This document shows positions 40,568-49,225 of a DNA stretch of 64,000 nt, piece by piece. The position numbers were made by a program, and so were the translations under genes. Below the pieces are notes generated by a model. It was not told where the DNA came from, did no database searches, and saw nothing but the letters and a program-made list of their open reading frames with translations. This stretch comes from an uncultured Chloroflexia bacterium (lineage in GTDB: Bacteria > Chloroflexota > Limnocylindria > Limnocylindrales > CSP1-4): positions 512,001-576,000 of the forward strand of contig CAVVYR010000007.1 in assembly GCA_963752475.1 (NCBI GenBank). Reading direction: 5' to 3'. Numbering within the stretch: the first letter of the stretch is position 1; each line of letters starts with the position of its first letter.

Positions 40568-40573
40568 TCGAAG

Positions 40574-40752
40574 GCCTGCTTGCCTGCTGCACACCCAGCG
40601 AGCGATCTTGACGCGACTGCAGTGATCCCTGGAGGTTCGGTTCGCGGGGTGGACCGTAGTGTCAGCCGCGCTCGCGGAGTGGGCAGGATCGACCGGAACG
40701 AGCGCCGGCACGTCGAGATCGCCCATGGGCTGAACATGGGGCGGGCTGAGGC
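40574..40752 (+). ncRNA. Candidate structured RNA or long imperfect palindrome (6S-like rod), unassigned
   Basis: Nested pairings 40578-84/40740-46, 40602-13/40711-22, 40624-28/40686-90 and 40641-52/40666-78. Confidence 0.3.
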
Positions 40753-40792
40753 GCCCACCAGCCACATCTGCGACCGCCGCTAGACTGACCGC

Positions 40793-42124
40793 ATGTTCGA
40801 CGCACTCTCCGATCGACTCCAAGCTGCCCTCGGCAGCCTCACCGGCCGCGGCCGGATCTCCGAGGAAGATGTCAACGTCGCCATGCGCGAGGTGCGCATG
40901 GCCCTGCTCGAGGCCGACGTCAACTACAAGGTCGTCAAGGACTTCGTCAAGCGCGTCAAGGAGCGTGCGGTCGGCGCCGACGTCATCGAGAACGTCAACG
41001 CCGGCCAGATGATCGTCAAGATCGTCCACGAGGAGCTGACGGCCATCCTCGGCGAAGGCGACCGCACCTTCCGCTACGACGGCTCACCCGCGGTGGTGAT
41101 GATGGTCGGCCTACAGGGCTCGGGAAAGACGACATCCGCGGCCAAGCTCGCGCGCTGGATCGTGCGCCAGGGCCGCCAGCCGATGCTGGTTGCAGCGGAC
41201 ATCTACCGCCCCGCGGCCATCGACCAGCTCAAGACGCTCGGTGCCAACCTCGAGATCCCGGTCTACAGCGCACCGGCCGGCACACCCGTCGTGCAGATCG
41301 CCACCGATGCGGTAGCCCAGGCCAAGCTGACCGGCCGCGACGTGGTCATCCTCGACACCGCCGGTCGGCTGCAGATCGACGAAGAGTTGATGGCCGAGAT
41401 CCGCGGTGTGCACACGGCGCTGGCTCCGAAGGAGACGCTGCTGGTCGTCGATGCCATGGTCGGCCAGGAGGCAGTCGCGGTGGCTGAGGCCTTCCACGAG
41501 AACACCCCGGTCAGCGGCCTCGTCCTGACCAAGATCGACGGCGACGCCCGCGGTGGCGCGGCCCTCTCGATCGCGGCCGTCAGCGGCCTCGCGGTCAAGT
41601 TCATGGGCACCGGCGAGAAGGCCGATGAGTTCGAGGTCTTCCACCCCGACCGCCTCGCCGGCCGGATCCTGGGTATGGGCGACGTGGTCAGCCTCGTCGA
41701 GCGGGCGCAGGAGGCCTATGACGAGAAGGAAGCGGCCCAGCTGGCCCAGAAGCTCGAGAAGGACGCCTTCACGCTGGAGGACTTCCTCGAGCAGATGCAA
41801 CAGGTCAAGAAGATGGGCCCACTGAGCAACGTGATCAGCATGATCCCCGGACTCGGCGGCGCGGCCAAGGATGCGCAGGACGCCATCGACCGCGGCGAGC
41901 TGGCCCAAGTGGAGGCCATCATCCGCTCCATGACCCCGGCCGAGCGGGCAGATCCCGGGATCCTCAATGCCTCACGTCGGCGACGCATCGCCAAGGGCTC
42001 CGGCACCTCGTTGCCGCAGGTCAACCGGCTGGTGAAACAGTTCGGTGAGATGCAGAGGGTGATGAAGATGATGCGGGGCAGGGGAGGCCGTATGCCGGGT
42101 CTGCCCATGGGACCGCTGGGCTAG
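40793..42124 (+). CDS. ffh: Signal recognition particle protein Ffh
   Basis: ALLEADV, GLQGSGKTT, DTAGR, DGDARGG, RILGMGD, M domain SRRRRIAKGSG. Confidence 0.98.
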   Translation: MFDALSDRLQAALGSLTGRGRISEEDVNVAMREVRMALLEADVNYKVVKDFVKRVKERAVGADVIENVNAGQMIVKIVHEELTAILGEGDRTFRYDGSPAVVMMVGLQGSGKTTSAAKLARWIVRQGRQPMLVAADIYRPAAIDQLKTLGANLEIPVYSAPAGTPVVQIATDAVAQAKLTGRDVVILDTAGRLQIDEELMAEIRGVHTALAPKETLLVVDAMVGQEAVAVAEAFHENTPVSGLVLTKIDGDARGGAALSIAAVSGLAVKFMGTGEKADEFEVFHPDRLAGRILGMGDVVSLVERAQEAYDEKEAAQLAQKLEKDAFTLEDFLEQMQQVKKMGPLSNVISMIPGLGGAAKDAQDAIDRGELAQVEAIIRSMTPAERADPGILNASRRRRIAKGSGTSLPQVNRLVKQFGEMQRVMKMMRGRGGRMPGLPMGPLG

Positions 42125-42203
42125 GTGTGAATCTCGCGGCATCGGTGAGATACTGGCCGTGTTGAGATCGTCCAACAGATCACACAGAGCCTCGGAGGAA
42201 CGC

Positions 42204-43955
42204 ATGTCCACCTCTTCAGCGGCTAGTACGAGCCGGCGCAGCGTCGCGCGCTGGACCGTCGCCGCCATCGCCACCGGCGCACTCGTCGTCTCGGGATCGG
42301 GGCTCGTCGCCTTCGCCCAGAGTGGCGCCGGTGAGTCCCAGGGTCCCGCTTTCGTGCCAGCCGATGCGGCCGGGTACGTCGAGGTGCGTCTGGATATGCC
42401 CGGCGGCCAGGCCGAGGCCTTGGCCGAGATGATGACGGCCTTCCCCGGGTTCGCCGATCCCGGCAGCTTCGACATGAAGGTCGACGAGCTTCTCGGCGGG
42501 TTCAGCTCACAGCTGGGTGTAGCCCTGCCCGAAGGCGACCTCTTCGGCGATGTATTGACCGGCGAGATCGGACTCGCACTCGCCGACCTTGACACGCTCA
42601 TGATGGGTGGCGACCCCTCCATGGTCATCGGACTCGCGCTGGCTGACGCGGAAGCCGCTGGCGGCGTCATGGAGGCCCTCATGGCCAACAGCCCGGAGAC
42701 CGTGACCGAGTCCTCCTACAACGACGTCACCATCCACACCGACACCAGCTCGACCCCGCCGATGAGCGTGGCCATGCACGCCGGCTGGATGATCATGGGC
42801 ACGGGTGAGGCCATGGTCCAGAGCTCCATCGATGTCCTCGATGGCGCGGCCCCCGGTCTGGCCGATGAGCCTGACTTCGCCGCGGCCTGGGACCGCCTGC
42901 CCGATGCCCGCCTGGCCGCCGCCTACATCGACTTCGCACCCTTCGCGGGACTGCTGGACATGGCCACGATGATGGCGGCTGGCGAGACCGGTATGGACTT
43001 GCCGACTGCAGACATCGCTGGCATCCTGCCGGTCGACCTCACCGCTGCGCTCGTGGCAGACACCGATCGCCTGACGCTGGAAGCCATCGTGACGCCCGGT
43101 GCGATGGCCCCGCCCCAGACGATGAGTGACTCGGATCTTGCACTGAGCTTCCCCGCTGACACGCAGATCTACTTCGAGACGCGCGAGTTCGGCGCGTCGG
43201 TCGAGATGGCCCTCGATGGCGTCGCGGAACTGCTGGCCGCTCAGGCGATGGCCGAGGGCACGGTCGATCCCAGCGACCCGATGGCCATGTTCACGGACCC
43301 GGAGGCGCTGTTCGGTGAGGACAGCCCGATCGCTGCTCAGCTCGGAGCCCCGCTGCCTCAGCTCCTCGACTTCGTTTCTGACGCCGCCGTCGGTGTCGGC
43401 CTGAGCTCCGATGGGGCCTGGCTGGGCATCGCCGGTGAGGTCAACGACGCTGCCGCGGCGGATGACCGCGTCGGCATGATCCTGGGGCTGCTCACGTTCC
43501 TGACGGCCATGGACGAGACGAGCACCGTGGTGGTCGAGAGAGAGATGATCGGTGACGTCGAAGTCACCAGCATCACCTTGCCGCTGGATGACGCGCTCTC
43601 GCAGGGCGGTGTCCCGATGGAGGTCGGCGACACCATCAGTGTGGCGCTCACCGACGATACGCTCCTGATCGGCTTGGGTGACTTCGTCCAGTCGGCGCTT
43701 CTCGCTGAGGGCACAGACTCGCTCGGCACCAGCGCCGGCTACGTCGACGCCCTTGGGGACCAGGTTCCCAACAGCGGTGTGGCCTACGTGAACCTCGGTT
43801 CGCTCCTCACCGTCCTCGATCCCATGGTCGGGGCGATGACGCCCGAGTGGGCTGCGATCCAGCCCTTCGCCGCCGGTCTGGATCGGATCATGGCGGTGGG
43901 TATCGGCGACGATGACCTCGACGGCGTGCGTATCCAGGTGATCGTCGGCCAGTAA
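42204..43955 (+). CDS. Exported acidic protein, DUF3352-like
   Basis: SD GGAGG; N-terminal TM/signal; FVPADAAGYVEV..GEIGLAL..GLADEPDF pattern; family call from recall only. Confidence 0.6.
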   Translation: MSTSSAASTSRRSVARWTVAAIATGALVVSGSGLVAFAQSGAGESQGPAFVPADAAGYVEVRLDMPGGQAEALAEMMTAFPGFADPGSFDMKVDELLGGFSSQLGVALPEGDLFGDVLTGEIGLALADLDTLMMGGDPSMVIGLALADAEAAGGVMEALMANSPETVTESSYNDVTIHTDTSSTPPMSVAMHAGWMIMGTGEAMVQSSIDVLDGAAPGLADEPDFAAAWDRLPDARLAAAYIDFAPFAGLLDMATMMAAGETGMDLPTADIAGILPVDLTAALVADTDRLTLEAIVTPGAMAPPQTMSDSDLALSFPADTQIYFETREFGASVEMALDGVAELLAAQAMAEGTVDPSDPMAMFTDPEALFGEDSPIAAQLGAPLPQLLDFVSDAAVGVGLSSDGAWLGIAGEVNDAAAADDRVGMILGLLTFLTAMDETSTVVVEREMIGDVEVTSITLPLDDALSQGGVPMEVGDTISVALTDDTLLIGLGDFVQSALLAEGTDSLGTSAGYVDALGDQVPNSGVAYVNLGSLLTVLDPMVGAMTPEWAAIQPFAAGLDRIMAVGIGDDDLDGVRIQVIVGQ

Positions 43956-44071
43956 CCATCCAAAACGCGGTACCATTCGCCGGGCATCGCAGAGCGGTGC
44001 CCGGCGTTCCATGCCCGCGGGACATCACCATCGCGGCAACGCCATCGCCCCATAGGAGGTCTCCGAACACC

Positions 44072-44326
44072 TTGGCAGTCCGAATCCGTCTCACCAGAGT
44101 CGGCGCGACCAAGCAGCCCAGCTACCGCTTCGTCGTCGCCGATAGCCGTGCCGCCCGTGACGGCCACAACATCGACACGCTCGGTCACTACAATCCCCGC
44201 TCCGAGCCGGTCGAGATCAACGTCGACGCCGAGAAGGCAACGAAGTGGATGTCGCAGGGCGCCAAGCCCTCCGCCACCGTCGAGCGCCTCTTTCGCCAGG
44301 TCGGCATCCTGCCTGACGCCAAGTAA
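44072..44326 (+). CDS. rpsP: 30S ribosomal protein S16 (TTG start)
   Basis: AVRIRLTRVG..YRFVVADSR..RDG..LGHYNP; AGGAGG SD. Confidence 0.96.
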   Translation: MAVRIRLTRVGATKQPSYRFVVADSRAARDGHNIDTLGHYNPRSEPVEINVDAEKATKWMSQGAKPSATVERLFRQVGILPDAK

Positions 44327-44328
44327 CG

Positions 44329-44562
44329 ATGGCTGCAGTCGAGCTGGTCACGTACGTGGCCAAGTCCCTTGTCGATGACCCCGATGCGGTCAGCGTCGAG
44401 GTCCATGAAGAAGACGGCGGCCAGGTCATCGAGCTTTCGGTGGCCGAGGACGATATGGGCAAGGTCATCGGCCGCAACGGCTCTGTGGCGAAGGCCCTGC
44501 GCACGCTGCTGAAGGTCGTCGCCACGCGCGACGGCCAGCCCATCAGTTTGGAGATCGTCTAG
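44329..44562 (+). CDS. khpA: KH-domain RNA-binding protein
   Basis: LVDDPD..DMGKVIGRNG..ALRT; between rpsP and rimM. Confidence 0.9.
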   Translation: MAAVELVTYVAKSLVDDPDAVSVEVHEEDGGQVIELSVAEDDMGKVIGRNGSVAKALRTLLKVVATRDGQPISLEIV

Positions 44563-44568
44563 CCAGAC

Positions 44569-45234
44569 GTGACGACGCCCGCCGAGGAGCGCGTCGCGGT
44601 CGGGCTCGTGCATGGATTTCACGGGCTGCGGGGCGCGGTCCGTATCGAAGTCCTCTCCGACGAGCCCCATCGCTTCGACGTCGGCTCGGTGCTGTTCGTC
44701 GAGGGTGACGACCAGCCTCTGACCATCGCCTGGACAGGCCCGGCCAAGCCGGGCCTGCTGGTGCGTTTCGAGGGTCTCTCGACTCGCGAGTCCGTGGAGC
44801 ATCTGCGCCGTCGCTACCTCGAAGTCGCCCAGGAGCCGCTGCCCGAGGGCACGTACTACTGGCACCAGATCAAGGGCATGGCGGCGGTGACCACCGAGGG
44901 CGTCGACCTGGGTACGGTCGTCGATGTCTTCCGCGCAGGTGACGGCGAGGTCTATGTCGTGCGCGGCGGGACGCTGGGCGAGGTCCTGATTCCCGCAGTC
45001 TCGAGCGTGGTCGTCGAGCTGGACGTCGACGCTGGTCGACTCGTGGTCGATGCGGTCGCGCTCGATCTGCCCACGAAGCCGCCCCGACGGCGCCGACGCC
45101 ACGAGGTCACCCGCCGCTCGCGCAAGGAAGCGCGTACCGCCAAGGCCAGAACGAAGGCCAAGCCTCGCGCTGACTCGACTGCGCCGTCGGACTCCGTCAC
45201 ATCGGACTCCGACGCGCCAGAGGAGGGGAGCTGA
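44569..45234 (+). CDS. rimM: Ribosome maturation factor RimM with basic/acidic tail
   Basis: HGLRGAV, EGTYYWHQIKG, EVLIPAV. Confidence 0.93.
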   Translation: MTTPAEERVAVGLVHGFHGLRGAVRIEVLSDEPHRFDVGSVLFVEGDDQPLTIAWTGPAKPGLLVRFEGLSTRESVEHLRRRYLEVAQEPLPEGTYYWHQIKGMAAVTTEGVDLGTVVDVFRAGDGEVYVVRGGTLGEVLIPAVSSVVVELDVDAGRLVVDAVALDLPTKPPRRRRRHEVTRRSRKEARTAKARTKAKPRADSTAPSDSVTSDSDAPEEGS

Positions 45235-45923
45235 TGCGTATCGACGTGATCAGTCTCTTCCCCTCGGTCTTCCCGGGCCCCTTGGCCGAATCCATCCCCG
45301 GCCGTGCCCTCGCTCAGGGGCTGGCGGAGCTGCATGCCCACGACCTGCGCGCATGGGGCATCGGCAAGCACCGCTCCGTCGACGACTACCCCTATGGCGG
45401 AGGTGCCGGCATGGTCTTGCGTCCCGAGCCGGTGGCCGAGGCGCTTGACGCGGTCGCGCCGTCGGACTCCGGTGCCTTCCGCATCCTGCTCGATCCCGGG
45501 GGTGAGCCCTTCCGCCAGGCGCGAGCCCAGGATCTCTCGGAGCGCGAGCACCTCGTCTTCATCTGCCCCCGCTACGAGGGCATCGACGACCGCGTGCGCT
45601 CGTTCGTCGACCTCGAGCTGTCGGTGGGCGATTTCGTCGTCTCCGGCGGCGAGATCCCCGCGCTCATCGTCATCGATGCCGTGCTGCGACTCCTACCCGG
45701 CGCCATCGAGGATGATTCGACCGAGGACGAGTCGTTCAGCGCCGGTCTGCTGGAGTACCCGCAGTGGACCCGTCCGCCGGAGTTCCGGGGCCTGTCGGTG
45801 CCGGAGATCCTGACCAGCGGCGACCACGGTGCGGTCGATGCGTGGCGCCATGAGCAGGCGTTCGAGCGCACCCGTAGGAGCCGTCCGGACCTGCTCAGCG
45901 AGGACGATCTCACGAGCGACTGA
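45234..45923 (+). CDS. trmD: tRNA (guanine37-N1)-methyltransferase
   Basis: VDDYPYGGGAGMV, RYEGIDDR, SVGDFVVSGGE, LLEYPQWTRP. Confidence 0.97.
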   Translation: MRIDVISLFPSVFPGPLAESIPGRALAQGLAELHAHDLRAWGIGKHRSVDDYPYGGGAGMVLRPEPVAEALDAVAPSDSGAFRILLDPGGEPFRQARAQDLSEREHLVFICPRYEGIDDRVRSFVDLELSVGDFVVSGGEIPALIVIDAVLRLLPGAIEDDSTEDESFSAGLLEYPQWTRPPEFRGLSVPEILTSGDHGAVDAWRHEQAFERTRRSRPDLLSEDDLTSD

Positions 45924-46034
45924 GCGATCACACGCCTGACCGGCCCTACCCGACCATGGGTCTGGTCGGCGCGGCCGGCGACGACTCCACCCCCGGGCTC
46001 TGCTCGTGGCCGCTAGGTGCGGCCGGTCCGTCGA

Positions 46035-47054
46035 TCAGTCGAGGAACTCCACGTCGATGAAGAAGTCATCGATGGCCGGTCTCTGTGCCAGCGACATCTC
46101 GATCCTATAGGCCGGGTCCGGGTCGCTCGCGGACTCTTTGACGAAGAGGTCATCAGTCCCATCCCCGGGAGGCCCCGCATCGGTGATTTCGGCGAACAGG
46201 ACGCCGCTCTCGGTGTAACCCTCGTACCTGGTCTCACTCTGGTGCCACGTGTGTTCGTAGCCGAGGTCGGAGGTAACGGTCACCGTCCTCGCGGGCTGCG
46301 GGACGGTGTCGTCGGATACGACTGTGTGGGTCTTCCTGCCCCACTCTCCGAAGTCCTCGGGTCCCGGCGAGAAGTGAAGCGGGAACTTGCCCATGATGAT
46401 CTGGTCACCGGCGTCCACGCCGTTGCCATCGGTGTCGACGAGCTTGGCGATGAGCACGTCGCCCTCGCCGTACTGGTGATCGCGCACGAGGTCGGCATAG
46501 GCGATAGCAAGGGTCCTGGGTGCCGGCGGGGAGTACACCGCCGTCGGCAGCTCGCAGCGGACGAGCGGGCCATGGCCGGTGTTCTGGTAGCAGGCATCGA
46601 CGCCGACGCCACCATCGAGCTTGTCGGAGCCGGCACCACCGAAGAGGATGTCCGGTCCGGCCTGTCCTGCGAGGACGTCGTTCTGCTGACCCCCGAAGAG
46701 CCGGTCCACACCGGCCTGGCCGAAGAGGCGGTCCCGGCCCGTCTGGCCGAGCAGCTTGTCGTGTCCGGCGCCACCGGCGATGCGGTCGTTGCCCGCGCCA
46801 CCGCAGATGACGTCGTTGCCGCCACGGCCGATGATGATGTCGCTGCCCCCGAGCCCGGCGATGATGTCCCGCCGCGCGGTGCCGCGGATGACGTCGGCCC
46901 TGGCGGTACCGACCTTCGTGGCCACCTTGCCGTCGCACTTGACCACGCGTTCCTTGTTGGCGGCGACCTCGGGGTCGGCGGCGAGGGAGTTGGTCGCCAG
47001 TGCCGCGGTGAGGACCGTGGAGACGATGATGGTGATGGTCCGTCTGCCGGTCAC
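46035..47054 (-). CDS. Secreted hemolysin-type (RTX-like) Ca-binding repeat protein
   Basis: Signal peptide, GGAGND/GGAGHD/GGAGSD repeats, C-terminal domain shared with 916..1885. Confidence 0.85.
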   Translation of the reverse strand: MTGRRTITIIVSTVLTAALATNSLAADPEVAANKERVVKCDGKVATKVGTARADVIRGTARRDIIAGLGGSDIIIGRGGNDVICGGAGNDRIAGGAGHDKLLGQTGRDRLFGQAGVDRLFGGQQNDVLAGQAGPDILFGGAGSDKLDGGVGVDACYQNTGHGPLVRCELPTAVYSPPAPRTLAIAYADLVRDHQYGEGDVLIAKLVDTDGNGVDAGDQIIMGKFPLHFSPGPEDFGEWGRKTHTVVSDDTVPQPARTVTVTSDLGYEHTWHQSETRYEGYTESGVLFAEITDAGPPGDGTDDLFVKESASDPDPAYRIEMSLAQRPAIDDFFIDVEFLD

Positions 47055-47271
47055 GCTTCTACCCCCTGCTGTGCGCCCAGCCGGACGAAGGTCCGCCTGT
47101 GCCTCTGGATTGTCTCGCGCGTGGCAAGCGAGTAGGCAACCGCTCGCAGGCTCTGGCAGCCACTCTCGAGGAGCCTGCTATACTCCGCCATCGACCCAGA
47201 TAGCCGACCCCGCCTATGCATGCCCGCCGCACGGCGCGGCGCAGGCAACAGCACGCCAGGAAGTGACCACC

Positions 47272-47616
47272 GTGACCGTCCTCGACGAGATCGTCGCCGA
47301 TCAGATCCGTACCGACCTCCCGGAGATCCAGCCCGGTGACACCGTGCGTGTCGCCGTCAAGGTCGTCGAGGGCAATCGCGAGCGCATCCAGGTCTTCGAG
47401 GGCACCGTCATGCGTATGCGTGGCGGCGGCATCACGCGCTCCATCACCGTTCGCGCCCTGCGCAGCGGCGTGGGTGTCGAGCGAACCTTCAAGGTCAACT
47501 CGCCTCGTATCGACAGGATCGAGGTCGTGCGCCACGGCGTCGTCCGCCGTAAGCAGCTCTACTTCCTGCGCAAGCGCGTGGGCAAGGCCGCTTCCCTACG
47601 CGAGCGCCGCGCCTAG
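47272..47616 (+). CDS. rplS: 50S ribosomal protein L19
   Basis: [37 protein letters not shown]; TGcTATACT promoter at 47176-47184. Confidence 0.96.
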   Translation: MTVLDEIVADQIRTDLPEIQPGDTVRVAVKVVEGNRERIQVFEGTVMRMRGGGITRSITVRALRSGVGVERTFKVNSPRIDRIEVVRHGVVRRKQLYFLRKRVGKAASLRERRA

Positions 47617-47702
47617 GATCTCGCCGGCGATCTTCGAGGCCGCCAGCACATCTCCACCGACCACACCCCGCGCCGCGGCATGCCCGGCGCTAGCATCGGG
47701 TC

Positions 47703-48425
47703 GTGCCACCCCGAGTGCCCCACCTCAAGGCCGAATACGCGCTCTGGAGCGCCGGCAAGCGCCTGGTCGTGGGCGTGGACGAGGTCGGCACCGGGCCGCT
47801 GTGCGGTCCGGTCGTGGCCGCCGCAGTGCTGGTCAAGCCGCACACCCGCAAGATCAAGGGAGTGCGAGACTCCAAGACCCTGAGCGCAGCCCAACGCGAC
47901 CGTGTCGTCGAGCAGATCAAGGAGCGCGCCTTGGCCTGGGGTATCGGTGCAGCCTCGGTCGCCGAGATCGAGCGCCTCAACATCCGCAACGCCGCGGCCC
48001 TGGCCATGCGTCGCGCGCTGCGTCGGCTGCCGCCGTACGACCACGTGCTCATCGACGGTCAGAAGATCACTGGCATCGAAGAGCACATCGGGCCGTACAC
48101 GCCCATCGTGAAGGGCGACGCGTCCTCCTACGCCATCGCCTGCGCCTCGGTCCTGGCCAAGGTCACTCGTGACCGGCTGATGGGCAACCTCGCCATCCGC
48201 TACCCCGGGTATGGCTGGGAGCACAACGCCGGCTACGCCACTCGCGACCACGTGGCTGGGCTCCTGGAGCACGGCGTCAGCCCACATCACCGCCGGACGT
48301 TCCAGCGCATCCGCGGCATCCTCGAGGGCGACCAGCTCGCCTTCGAGCTCGGTGGCGGACCGGTCGATGCGTCCGGGGCAGGGGAGGACGAAGCCGCGGT
48401 GCAGCCGAAGGTGAGCGGCGCCTAA
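47703..48425 (+). CDS. rnhB: Ribonuclease HII
   Basis: GVDEVG.GPLCGPV, DSK, KGD..IACASVLAKVTRD, GY; follows rplS. Confidence 0.92.
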   Translation: MPPRVPHLKAEYALWSAGKRLVVGVDEVGTGPLCGPVVAAAVLVKPHTRKIKGVRDSKTLSAAQRDRVVEQIKERALAWGIGAASVAEIERLNIRNAAALAMRRALRRLPPYDHVLIDGQKITGIEEHIGPYTPIVKGDASSYAIACASVLAKVTRDRLMGNLAIRYPGYGWEHNAGYATRDHVAGLLEHGVSPHHRRTFQRIRGILEGDQLAFELGGGPVDASGAGEDEAAVQPKVSGA

Positions 48426-48448
48426 GCGCCCGCGAGCACGATGCGTGC

Positions 48449-48838
48449 ATGCTGCCCCAAGGACGACTACCTTCCGGACCACGGGGACGAACGGGTGCTT
48501 CGGCCGAGGCTGCTGCTGCGGCCCACCTCGAGGCGCTCGGTTGGGTCGTCCTCGGTCGCAACCTGCGTGTCGATGGCGTGGAGCTCGATATCGTGGGACG
48601 GCCTCCGGAGCCGGAGTCGTGCCTGGTCATCGTGGAGGTTCGGGCGCGGAGTGGCCCCGGCTTCGGGTCGGCGCTCGAGTCGGTCGACGGCCGCAAGGTG
48701 GCCCGGCTCTATCGGGCGGCGCTCAGGCTCGGGCGTGCCACCGATGCGTCGCGGGTCGACCTGATGGCGCTGCGACGAACACCATCGGGCGAGTGGGAAG
48801 TCGAGCAGCACCTGCAGGGTCTTGAGCCGCCGGGCTGA
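48449..48838 (+). CDS. YraN (UPF0102) family nuclease-like protein
   Basis: GASAEAAAAAHLEALGW..RN..ELDIV..VIVEVRAR..ESV; follows rnhB. Confidence 0.85.
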   Translation: MLPQGRLPSGPRGRTGASAEAAAAAHLEALGWVVLGRNLRVDGVELDIVGRPPEPESCLVIVEVRARSGPGFGSALESVDGRKVARLYRAALRLGRATDASRVDLMALRRTPSGEWEVEQHLQGLEPPG

Positions 48839-48842
48839 TGCC

Positions 48843-49044
48843 GGCCCAGGGCCAGCCTCGCTCGCCGCCGATCCCGTGGTGGCTGGACTCGGCGACATCG
48901 ACGGCGAAGTGCTTGGTTCGAGCCTCCGGGAGGCTGGGAACGTCACGCCTGGCCTCCAGCAGGCTGAGATCGTGCACTTCGGCTGCAGGCTGGTCGGCTT
49001 CAGCCGCAGGAGGATGAGCGACGAGTGGGCCCCAGCACGGGGCC
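48843..49044. repeat. Decayed ~200-bp palindrome centred on 48943
   Basis: Five complementary blocks share the same axis, e.g. GAAGTGC 48906-12 with GCACTTC 48974-80. Confidence 0.65.
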
Positions 49045-49117
49045 AAATCCGGTGTTCATGGTAGATTGTCGCGGGCTCGTCTGACGAGTCCACCCGAGCG
49101 CAGCGTCCGCTGCGTAT

Positions 49118-49216
49118 CACACACGCGTGCCGCTCCCTGTGGAGGTGCCGACGACCAGTCATGGCCGCCGGTCCGCAGGCCACGAGGCAACGCGGAGGAA
49201 GAACCGTACAGGAGGT
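49118..49216 (+). promoter_or_regulatory. rpsB (S2) leader RNA
   Basis: CACACACGCG...GGTGCC...CGCGGAGG..AACC..AGGAGG layout, downstream of TGgTAGATT (49059-49067). Confidence 0.6.
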
Positions 49217-49225
49217 CCCTGCCCC

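Noticed and set aside
40682-40706. SRP RNA (ffs) between ftsY and ffh, suggested by CAGG...CCGGAA..AGC
   Set aside because: The bases flanking GGAA do not pair and the AGCAG of helix 8 is missing
37466-41029. 1187-aa minus-strand ORF and similar long ORFs (6926..8566, 28335..29948, 48467..50785, 51571..53256, 57745..59778)
   Set aside because: Antisense shadows of well-supported genes, expected at this GC content, with no recognisable motifs
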